Source: a virus. From it: a stretch of 64,000 nt of DNA. The notes under the pieces are model-generated. The model worked only from the letters and a program-made list of their open reading frames with translations, was not told the DNA's origin and did not search any database. Shown here in pieces: positions 8,854 through 15,283 of this stretch. A program made the position numbers and the translations under genes. The stretch is from IMG/VR virus record IMGVR_UViG_3300017783_000003, positions 52,793 to 116,792 of that record; one strand, given 5' to 3'. Position 1 is the first letter of the stretch, and every line of letters begins with the position of its first letter.

Positions 8854-8965
8854 TTTTACACAGTTACTCAGTATACTCCGTAAAGGCACTCCGTAGTGAC
8901 TGTAAGGGTTATTTGTGATACACTTTGAGGTTTTCAACAGGGTCTGTGGAAAAACCTGTGGAAAA
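8854..8965. repeat. cluster of DnaA-box-like 9-mers in a non-coding region
   Basis: TGTGGAAAA at 8945 and 8957 (reverse complement of TTTTCCACA), one-mismatch copies TTTTCAACA at 8931 and TTTTACACA at 8854. Confidence 0.55.
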
Positions 8966-9018
8966 CTAAATGTATTAAAAAACATAGGTAATGTATTGTA
9001 ATGTACGGAGGTCTAGTT

Positions 9019-9047
9019 GCCTTAGCACGCCAGTCACCGAAAGTCAA
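9019..9047 (-). promoter_or_regulatory. possible leftward (antisense) promoter
   Basis: Minus strand TTGACT-17 nt-TAAGGC with extended TG; the -10 is weak. Confidence 0.35.
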
Positions 9048-9055
9048 GGAGCAAT

Positions 9056-9113
9056 ATGACAGTCCTCCAAGTGGCACAGAGACCTTGACAAACCCTCGGA
9101 AATCGAGTATATT
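9056..9113 (+). promoter_or_regulatory. early promoter with upstream 7-N8-7 palindrome
   Basis: ATGACAG-tcctccaa-GTGGCAC (9056-9077), TTGACA 9085, 17 nt, TATATT 9108. Confidence 0.8.
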
Positions 9114-9235
9114 GGGTACATCGAGGTTGAGGGATTGGCAACTTTCCTAAAAGTTCGATAAATCAGAAATCTCAAAAACTTAAAAAGTTTAAATAATGAG
9201 ATTTTTTAATTTTAAAAGTTAACCATTAACCATCT

Positions 9236-9472
9236 ATGACTTCTTTCACTAATTTGACTTCATCTGCTATTAACAAAGTAGAAGTAAATGACAGTAATGT
9301 TATGATTACTTACACTACTAGTGGTAATGAATACAAATATGCTCTAAATGGTATTAATAGTGTTGATTTTGTCAATACTATGAATGATATTGTCCAAAAT
9401 GGTCGTTCTGTTGGCAAATTCGTCAACAAATCGATCAAAGAGGACAAAACTCTTCAGATTATCTCAATCTGA
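9236..9472 (+). CDS. KTSC-like small protein
   Basis: SSAINKV...VMITY.SGNEYKY...SVGKFVNKSIK resembles the KTSC domain pattern. Confidence 0.65.
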   Translation: MTSFTNLTSSAINKVEVNDSNVMITYTTSGNEYKYALNGINSVDFVNTMNDIVQNGRSVGKFVNKSIKEDKTLQIISI

Positions 9473-9501
9473 CTCTAAATAGTACACAATTTCACCGAAC
9501 A

Positions 9502-9663
9502 ATGGCAAAATCGAGTCAAAAATACACTGAATCCCCTAAAGAAACCTTTCGGGATGATTACGAGGATTTCGGTTATCAAGTCCAGAATAAGAAGCGTTAT
9601 TCAAAAAGAAATAAACGCAAATCTAAATTCAAAGACGATGATGTGTACGCAGACTATGAATGA
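9502..9663 (+). CDS. small charged hypothetical protein (53 aa)
   Basis: Read by eye: MAKSSQKYTESPKETFRDDYEDFGYQVQNKKRYSKRNKRKSKFKDDDVYADYE; TAAATA upstream at 9476. Confidence 0.65.
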   Translation: MAKSSQKYTESPKETFRDDYEDFGYQVQNKKRYSKRNKRKSKFKDDDVYADYE

Positions 9664-9694
9664 TACCAAAGTATGATGAATGATGCATCCCACC

Positions 9695-9752
9695 CAACCA
9701 GTTCTAGAGGTGGCACACAGTCGCTTCCAGAGGGGTCTGGTGGGACTATTGT
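9695..9752 (+). promoter_or_regulatory. early promoter with upstream 7-N8-7 palindrome
   Basis: CAACCAG-ttctagag-GTGGCAC (9695-9716), -10 TATTGT at 9747. Confidence 0.65.
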
Positions 9753-9777
9753 AGACAAGAGTCAACCAACGAATTCA

Positions 9778-9945
9778 ATGAAGGACTACGGCAACGGCAT
9801 CCACGCTTCAAGTGACTGGTTAGCAGACATTGCTCGTCAGTGCATTGAGCGTGAGATGATGCAACGTCAAGCACGTCTAGCATCATACAAAGATGACGAT
9901 GACAGTGGACAGTGGGGAATCTGGAACATCAGCGACAGACATTGA
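9778..9945 (+). CDS. hypothetical early protein
   Basis: MKDYGNGIHASSDWLADIARQC...QWGIWNISDRH; start placed downstream of the promoter. Confidence 0.65.
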   Translation: MKDYGNGIHASSDWLADIARQCIEREMMQRQARLASYKDDDDSGQWGIWNISDRH

Positions 9946-9963
9946 CCCCTGACCCTGTAGACT
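9906..9963 (+). promoter_or_regulatory. degenerate palindrome-type early promoter inside ORF end
   Basis: TGGACAG-tggggaat-CTGGAAC (9906-9927), -10 TAGACT at 9958, same spacing as the other copies. Confidence 0.5.
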
Positions 9964-9987
9964 AATCAAGTAAACAAACACAAGACC

Positions 9988-10209
9988 ATGAACGACACGC
10001 TGATCAACTTCCGAGACGAAGCACTCCGCCTAGTGGAAGAGGGACACGATGCCCAGCACATGTTGCTCTGCTGCTTAAAGTACATGAGTCAGGATGATGT
10101 TGAGGACATGCTTAAGATGAATGAATTCATGAATCCTCCAGAAATGGAAGAAGATGAAGATGATTGGTTTACTGATCCTAACAGTGTTGCAAGTTATCAT
10201 CATTATTGA
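9988..10209 (+). CDS. hypothetical cyanophage protein
   Basis: FRDEALRLVEEG...LLCCLKYMSQDDVEDMLKMNE. Confidence 0.75.
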   Translation: MNDTLINFRDEALRLVEEGHDAQHMLLCCLKYMSQDDVEDMLKMNEFMNPPEMEEDEDDWFTDPNSVASYHHY

Positions 10210-10363
10210 AAACTTGTAAAAGTCAGAAAGTGAGATTTTTAAGAAAGTTAATTATCTCACTTTTTTCAATATTAAACTTTAAACATATTCTTTTACTATT
10301 AAACTTTAACTGTTAAACTATAATAAGAAAATAGATTATTAAATAACAATATATTAACAATAT

Positions 10364-10483
10364 ACAATATATTACTAATATAAACATACTGTCTATTACT
10401 AATACTAACTCTCTAAGTATTACTAATACAAACTCACTGTCTATTACTAATACTAACTCACTGTGTATTAGTAATACTAATCC
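10364..10483. repeat. 24-bp tandem array (5 copies) in an AT-rich non-coding region
   Basis: ACTGTCTATTACTAATACTAACTC exact at 10388 and 10436, variants at 10364, 10412, 10460; palindromic core TATTA(C/G)TAATA. Confidence 0.85.
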
Positions 10484-10503
10484 AATCTAATTGCATTCTT
10501 ATT

Positions 10504-10689
10504 ATGAACCCAACTCTAATGATTTCACTCCTCCGTAAAGGAAGAAATGGGGAAGAAATCCTCTCCATTCTTGATATCATCACCGACAATCCTAGCACCA
10601 AAGTGATGCAAACTGTCGAGGCGTTAGGTGACACTATCTCTCGGGGAGTTAGTATCAATCAAGGTAGTCCAGAACCCGTGGAAATCTAG
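10504..10689 (+). CDS. hypothetical cyanophage protein
   Basis: MISLLRKGRNGEEILSILDII motif. Confidence 0.65.
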   Translation: MNPTLMISLLRKGRNGEEILSILDIITDNPSTKVMQTVEALGDTISRGVSINQGSPEPVEI

Positions 10690-10696
10690 TTACCAT

Positions 10697-10753
10697 GTGA
10701 CACTAATACTAGTGGCACAAACATTTACTTTTTGGGTGTGGATGCTGTATTGT
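10697..10753 (+). promoter_or_regulatory. early promoter with upstream 7-N8-7 palindrome
   Basis: GTGACAC-taatacta-GTGGCAC (10697-10718), TTTACT 10724, TATTGT 10748. Confidence 0.75.
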
Positions 10754-10782
10754 AGTTTCAAGTCAAACAATTGTTTAAAACA

Positions 10783-11511
10783 ATGCTTCGCTTTTCACAC
10801 GGTAACGCAAAACTTAACCGTAACACGGTTATTTTCAACTTGCCTGCAGGATTCACTTGCCCTGGTGCTTTAAATTGTCTCTCAATGGCGGTTTTAGGTG
10901 ACAACGGCAAAAGGACAATTAAAGACGGTAAATTCACTGAATTCCGTTGTTTTGCTGCCTCCAGTGAGGTTCAATACGACGCAGTTTATAACAACCGTCA
11001 AGACAATTTCAAAACAATTGTTAAAGCATTGCGTGATGGAAATGCTGCTGATCTTATTAACGAAGGTTTGCAGAATGCACGTAAGAAAGCAACAACTAAG
11101 GTCAGGATTCACGAGTCTGGCGATTTCTTCAATGCCGAGTATTTGATGGCGTGGGTGTTAGTTGCACAGCACAATCCTGATCTTAAGTTTTACTGCTACT
11201 CAAAGAATCTTCCACTATTTGTTGGTTTGCAGTTGCCCTCTAATTTTTACTTAACAGCATCATATGGGGGTAAGTTTGACAACTTAATCGATGACGGGTT
11301 GTTTACACGTTACGCTAAAGTTTTCATGTCTGAAGATGATGCAAACCGTGCGGGTCTTAAAGTAGACTCACAGGATAATTCTTGCTTCGAGAATGGTCCT
11401 TTCGCCCTGTTAGTTCATGGTACTCAACCCAAGGGATCTGACTGGGGGAAAGCATCACGAAACAACCGCAAGATTCAGAAGGCAAAAGTAAAACAACCTG
11501 TTGCCGCTTAA
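10783..11511 (+). CDS. GP88-like phage protein (radical-SAM-like Cys motif)
   Basis: GNAKL, FNLPAGFTCPGALNC...CFAA, VRIHESGDFF, FYCYSK. Confidence 0.75.
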   Translation: MLRFSHGNAKLNRNTVIFNLPAGFTCPGALNCLSMAVLGDNGKRTIKDGKFTEFRCFAASSEVQYDAVYNNRQDNFKTIVKALRDGNAADLINEGLQNARKKATTKVRIHESGDFFNAEYLMAWVLVAQHNPDLKFYCYSKNLPLFVGLQLPSNFYLTASYGGKFDNLIDDGLFTRYAKVFMSEDDANRAGLKVDSQDNSCFENGPFALLVHGTQPKGSDWGKASRNNRKIQKAKVKQPVAA

Positions 11512-11524
11512 GTGTAAACAATGT

Positions 11525-11581
11525 GTGCCACATGTATTTGTGGCACTAACATTTACCATTTGATTTTAAATCGTGTATTGT
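11525..11581 (+). promoter_or_regulatory. early promoter with perfect 7-N8-7 palindrome
   Basis: GTGCCAC-atgtattt-GTGGCAC (11525-11546), TTTACC 11552, TATTGT 11576. Confidence 0.78.
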
Positions 11582-11606
11582 ATATACAAGTTAATCAATT
11601 CTTTAC

Positions 11607-11816
11607 ATGTTGACCGCAAACTGGGCAGTTCAACCATCATCATGGAGCAATTTTGATCCTCACGGGTGTACGTGGGCAACCGACATTAATCACGCCTATC
11701 GTTTATTCAGTGCATGGAGTGAGGATGTAACAGTGTGGATTATTCCTCACAATGGTAATCCTTACCGTTGGACCACTAAGTTATACATAGAGGGGCAAAA
11801 AGATATTTCAAACTAA
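11607..11816 (+). CDS. Trp-rich hypothetical protein
   Basis: WAVQPSSWSNFDPHGCTWATDINHAYRL; downstream of promoter. Confidence 0.7.
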   Translation: MLTANWAVQPSSWSNFDPHGCTWATDINHAYRLFSAWSEDVTVWIIPHNGNPYRWTTKLYIEGQKDISN

Positions 11817-11823
11817 TATCCAA

Positions 11824-11879
11824 AACGGTAGCAACCGATACCGTTTCACGGTTGCACCCTGCATCAAAACTGCTATGAT
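11824..11879 (+). promoter_or_regulatory. promoter with variant palindrome AACGGTA-N8-TACCGTT
   Basis: Palindrome 11824-11845, TTGCAC 11852, TGc-TATGAT 11874. Confidence 0.6.
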
Positions 11880-11936
11880 ACGGATAAGCGAGGGGGGAGG
11901 AAACAACCCCACCGCCTAACACTTTCTTTAGATTTC

Positions 11937-12239
11937 ATGATCGCTTCAACTCGTTTCTTCGTTCTCACTAACAACGCAGAATCTCTTGCTCACGCTGTCA
12001 TCAACAACCCCAAAATTGTTGGACGCCGCCGTGCTGCTATGCTCTTTAATCTTGCCTTCTTGGGTAACACTAAAGCAGAACGAAAATTGGGTCGTGATGC
12101 ACTCAAATCCGCTGCAAAAGCAGCGAACCGTCATAAAGTTTTCTTTCGTGGCGAGGTGTTACATAGTGACCGTGTTTTCAACAAAGCATCAAACGCTAGG
12201 TTGCAGAATTGGGCACAAAATGTTAACACCCCTGTCTAA
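11937..12239 (+). CDS. basic Ala/Arg-rich hypothetical protein
   Basis: ORF downstream of promoter; phage-like codon usage. Confidence 0.65.
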   Translation: MIASTRFFVLTNNAESLAHAVINNPKIVGRRRAAMLFNLAFLGNTKAERKLGRDALKSAAKAANRHKVFFRGEVLHSDRVFNKASNARLQNWAQNVNTPV

Positions 12240-12297
12240 GGGTTAGCATCACATAGGGGGAGCAATCCCCCACCTATTAATCACACTTTTCTTTCAA

Positions 12298-12573
12298 ATG
12301 TCTCTCTCCTTCGATATCGCTGATTCCATGATCTTTCGTGAGTTCAGTGATAGTGAATCATCTGCAATCCATTGTCTCTCAGTGTTACATAACAACGTAA
12401 CAATTGGATTCAAAAGTGATATCTCAAAGCAGTATATCTTCCGAGGTAGTGTTAAGTTTATCGCACACATTCGTGCCCTCTTAACTAACTGGAATTCCGA
12501 TGAAATTAGCATCGGTTCAGTGATAGCGAAAGCACGTAAATCAGGAGATCTCGAAATTATCAACAATTTCTAA
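12298..12573 (+). CDS. KTSC-like small protein
   Basis: SESSAIHCLSV..NNVTIGFKSDISKQYIF...SIGSVIAKARKSGDL parallels ORF 9236. Confidence 0.65.
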   Translation: MSLSFDIADSMIFREFSDSESSAIHCLSVLHNNVTIGFKSDISKQYIFRGSVKFIAHIRALLTNWNSDEISIGSVIAKARKSGDLEIINNF

Positions 12574-12601
12574 TCTCTTATCTATTAATAATAGACAGTA
12601 G

Positions 12602-12629
12602 GCGATGTATTCTTTACATCGCTTTTTTT
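12602..12629 (+). terminator. intrinsic terminator ending the early region
   Basis: GCGATGTA-ttctt-TACATCGC followed by T7. Confidence 0.85.
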
Positions 12630-12652
12630 ATGTGTAAAAATATAATGTTAAT

Positions 12653-12724
12653 CAGCACTGTTTAATTATAATTACATAGCACTGTTTAATAGTTATTACA
12701 CAGCACTGTTTAATTAATAACACA
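12653..12724. repeat. 24-bp tandem array (3 copies)
   Basis: (C/T)AGCACTGTTTAAT starting at 12653, 12677, 12701. Confidence 0.85.
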
Positions 12725-12884
12725 GTTAATCGTTATTAGCCCTTAATTGTTATTAAGCCCGAGCGCCCCCAAAAAAGTACCTTCTTTCTAAGCTATAAAC
12801 GTTTCCAGACGCTCGATAAATATTAAGAGGAAATCCCAATCCAAAAAAATTCGCCCAGAAAAAAATACCCCCCAGAGTCGAGCA

Positions 12885-13103
12885 ATGAAAAACCGAGTTA
12901 CTTACAAGACTAAAGATGGTTCATTGAAAGAGCAAGTATTCGACGACTTCAATGAATTCGCAGATCTCGTACAGGATGCGGCAGTGGATTACTTCGCCAC
13001 TGGCATGGTGCCTGAGATGAGTGTACTAAGTCAATACGATAATATGACAAAACAAGAAAAGGTGACTAATAATGAGCAACCAGAAAGAGAATTCCTTGAC
13101 TGA
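12885..13103 (+). CDS. conserved cyanophage hypothetical protein
   Basis: RVTYKTKDGSLKEQVFDDFNEFADLVQD; late promoter TAAATA at 12817. Confidence 0.7.
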   Translation: MKNRVTYKTKDGSLKEQVFDDFNEFADLVQDAAVDYFATGMVPEMSVLSQYDNMTKQEKVTNNEQPEREFLD

Positions 13104-13248
13104 GAGGATTGAGGCACTCGAAAATGTGCTCATGAATTTAAAGTTAATGTACAAACCCCCTGGCGGGGAGCATAAAAATATCACAGAATACTTAGATACG
13201 GTGGAGGAACGATTAAATGCCCTTTCTAGTCGGCAAGACATCAGTTGA
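13072..13248 (+). CDS. small coiled-coil hypothetical protein (58 aa)
   Basis: Read by eye: MSNQKENSLTERIEALENVLMNLKLMYKPPGGEHKNITEYLDTVEERLNAL. Confidence 0.65.
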   Translation: MSNQKENSLTERIEALENVLMNLKLMYKPPGGEHKNITEYLDTVEERLNALSSRQDIS

Positions 13249-13585
13249 TACTGCTGAGACTGATGGAAACTGCATATATCCTGCAAAGCCCTTGGGCGGG
13301 GCACCTACCGTGTCTCCGAATGTCTTTGTGAACGGGTCACCGTTAGAAAGTTATGACGTTACGTCAGTACCTGACCAAGTTGATGGTATCAAAGTCAACC
13401 CATTGATTCCAGTACCGTGTATACCTGGAGTTAGGGTGGTGACTCCTGCTGTGAACCTTACAGTGTTTATAAACGGCACATTACCTGCAGTGCAGGGAGA
13501 TGATTCATCTAGGGTGGGTGGTATACCGAGAAAAATTGTAGGACCGTTTCAGCATCTGAATGTTCATATTGGATCTAACTTATGA
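13217..13585 (+). CDS. PAAR-like spike tip protein (T4 gp5.4-like)
   Basis: SPNVFVNG, TVFINGTLPAVQGD, NVHIG repeats with Cys residues; located before baseplate genes. Confidence 0.7.
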   Translation: MPFLVGKTSVDTAETDGNCIYPAKPLGGAPTVSPNVFVNGSPLESYDVTSVPDQVDGIKVNPLIPVPCIPGVRVVTPAVNLTVFINGTLPAVQGDDSSRVGGIPRKIVGPFQHLNVHIGSNL

Positions 13586-14088
13586 GTTTAATATATTATG
13601 ACCAAGTATTTGAAGATTTAAAAGATCTCGAATATATTTGTAGGACGAGAGAGTGGGTAAAGCATGAGAGACATGTAGAGCGTATGAGTTGTGCTCTAAG
13701 ACCTTCTGAGCGTCTCGATCCTCATGAGATATACAATGTGTATACAAAGTATATTGGAGAGTACCATACATTCAAATTAAACCCAAGCAATGTCGATTGT
13801 AAGTTAGCACAATACAAAGTAGGACAGTCCATGGGATGGCATGATGACTATGGTAGTCCTATTCCATATACAAATCAAAAGAATCCAGGTGGACGTAGAC
13901 AAATTACGAGTATTACTTATATTAATGACGATTATGATGGAGGTGAGACAGAATTTAAGAATGGTACGTTAATTACTCCGAGGGCAGGATACACTCTTAT
14001 ATTCCCGTCACACTGGTCGTTCAGGCATAGAGGTAAGGAAGTAACCAAAGGGACCAAATGGATCTTTGTAGAGCACCTGTGGGGTTGA
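13582..14088 (+). CDS. 2OG-Fe(II) oxygenase (P4H-like)
   Basis: WHDD, ITYINDDYDGGETEF, IFPSHWSFRHRG.EV..GTKW. Confidence 0.88.
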   Translation: MSLIYYDQVFEDLKDLEYICRTREWVKHERHVERMSCALRPSERLDPHEIYNVYTKYIGEYHTFKLNPSNVDCKLAQYKVGQSMGWHDDYGSPIPYTNQKNPGGRRQITSITYINDDYDGGETEFKNGTLITPRAGYTLIFPSHWSFRHRGKEVTKGTKWIFVEHLWG

Positions 14089-14133
14089 CAGGAGCGTTAT
14101 GGGCGTGTTATACTGAGCGAGTTCAACTAAATA
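14085..14133 (+). promoter_or_regulatory. sigma70-type promoter plus late promoter
   Basis: TTGACA 14085, TGt-TATACT 14109; TAAATA 14128. Confidence 0.7.
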
Positions 14134-14140
14134 GTAAGTT

Positions 14141-14287
14141 ATGGCAAAACGTCCGTCGCTCACATCAAATGGTGTTTTTATCGAGTCTACTCCAAAGAAG
14201 TCTAGGCAGGGTCAAGGAAAGAATACAAAGTATGCAGCGTCTTCTAGGAATGGAGCAAAGAAGCCTTATAGAGGTCAGGGTAGATGA
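14141..14287 (+). CDS. small basic conserved cyanophage protein (48 aa)
   Basis: Read by eye: MAKRPSLTSNGVFIESTPKKSRQGQGKNTKYAASSRNGAKKPYRGQGR. Confidence 0.8.
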   Translation: MAKRPSLTSNGVFIESTPKKSRQGQGKNTKYAASSRNGAKKPYRGQGR

Positions 14288-14696
14288 GTGGATTCGCCGT
14301 TTAACGAAACCCCAATTCAAAATGGGCGGATATAGCATCTGTCCATATGCTAGTAATGCCAAATATATTGTAATAGAATCGACAATTAGCGATGTCACTC
14401 CAGTTGTTGGAGTCGATGTCGCTATTTTTGTAATCAATCATGATATTACATTTGATCATTTGGTAGATTGGCGGAACTCGTTAAATAGGAGATATAAAGA
14501 TTATATCTTTCTTGAGGATCACAAAGACGATCCCACTTTTATTAATGGAATTCAGACAAATTTCAACAAGGGAAATTTGATGCTTTGTCAAGAACGTACG
14601 GGTCTTTTAAAAGCAAGGAATACTTTGTCTAAAACAGAGTATTACGAATATTGGTCAACCGAAATGCATAGGAGGATTGTTAAAGATGGCAAATAG
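14250..14696 (+). CDS. hypothetical protein (CPYA motif)
   Basis: WIRRLTKP...GGYSICPYA...FLEDH.DDPTFINGIQTN...LLKARNTLSKTEYYEYW; internal ATG preferred. Confidence 0.7.
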   Translation: MEQRSLIEVRVDEWIRRLTKPQFKMGGYSICPYASNAKYIVIESTISDVTPVVGVDVAIFVINHDITFDHLVDWRNSLNRRYKDYIFLEDHKDDPTFINGIQTNFNKGNLMLCQERTGLLKARNTLSKTEYYEYWSTEMHRRIVKDGK

Positions 14697-14859
14697 TCCA
14701 ACAGACGTGAGTAGCGAATTTATCGAAGCGGGGATGACTCTGATATCACAACCAGCGAGCGACCGCTGGTTGAAGTTATCGAGTGACCGCAAAAAAACGA
14801 GGGAATTAAATCAGTTTCTTAGCAAATCAGAATGGAACGATGGATACGTTGGGAAATGA
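14686..14859 (+). CDS. conserved hypothetical protein
   Basis: MANSPTDVSSEFIEAGMTLISQPASDRWL. Confidence 0.65.
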   Translation: MANSPTDVSSEFIEAGMTLISQPASDRWLKLSSDRKKTRELNQFLSKSEWNDGYVGK

Positions 14860-14863
14860 AGAC

Positions 14864-14869
14864 TAAATA
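14864..14869 (+). promoter_or_regulatory. T4-type late promoter
   Basis: TAAATA about 25 nt before gp25. Confidence 0.65.
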
Positions 14870-14890
14870 ATAAGAAACGTTTTGTGTCCA

Positions 14891-15283
14891 GTGCCGCAAT
14901 TTCAGACTTTCAAAGATCTTTCCATCACTTTTAGAAAGCATCCCATCACAGACGACTTGATTGTTGTCAAAGGGGATGCTGCAATTAAACAAGCGGTTGT
15001 CAATTTATTATTGACTAATCGTGGGGAAAGACTCTTTAATTCTGAAATTGGGTCTGGAATTACCAATTTATTATTTGAACCTCTAGATTATGGTACTGCA
15101 GCGTTAGTAAACGCAGAAATTACACGAACTTTAGAAGATTACGAACCAAGAATTCGTATCGAAACTCTAACAGTTGTGCCTAACTTTGAAGATAATGGTT
15201 TTGAAGTAGGTCTTGAATTTGAAGTTGTCGGTCGTGATGATTTACCACTAAACGTAGAATTCTTCTTAGAGAGATCACGATAA
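14891..15283 (+). CDS. g25: baseplate wedge subunit gp25
   Basis: FKDLSITFRKHPITDDL, AIKQAVVNLLLTNRGERLFNSEIGS...LFEP, YEPRI; GTG start inferred. Confidence 0.92.
   Translation: MPQFQTFKDLSITFRKHPITDDLIVVKGDAAIKQAVVNLLLTNRGERLFNSEIGSGITNLLFEPLDYGTAALVNAEITRTLEDYEPRIRIETLTVVPNFEDNGFEVGLEFEVVGRDDLPLNVEFFLERSR

Noticed and set aside
9673-9777. N-terminal extension of ORF 9673-9945
   Set aside because: It spans the palindrome/promoter element; the ATG at 9778 is preferred
9880-9906. YKDDDD FLAG-tag-like peptide
   Set aside because: Incomplete match inside a natural acidic ORF; coincidence, with no vector sequence nearby
10364-12724. 24-bp arrays as CRISPR arrays
   Set aside because: Units are directly tandem with no unique spacers, and no cas genes are present
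14058-14249. Long N-terminal extension of ORF 14058-14696
   Set aside because: It overlaps a promoter and the better-supported 48-aa gene at 14141; the ATG at 14250 is preferred
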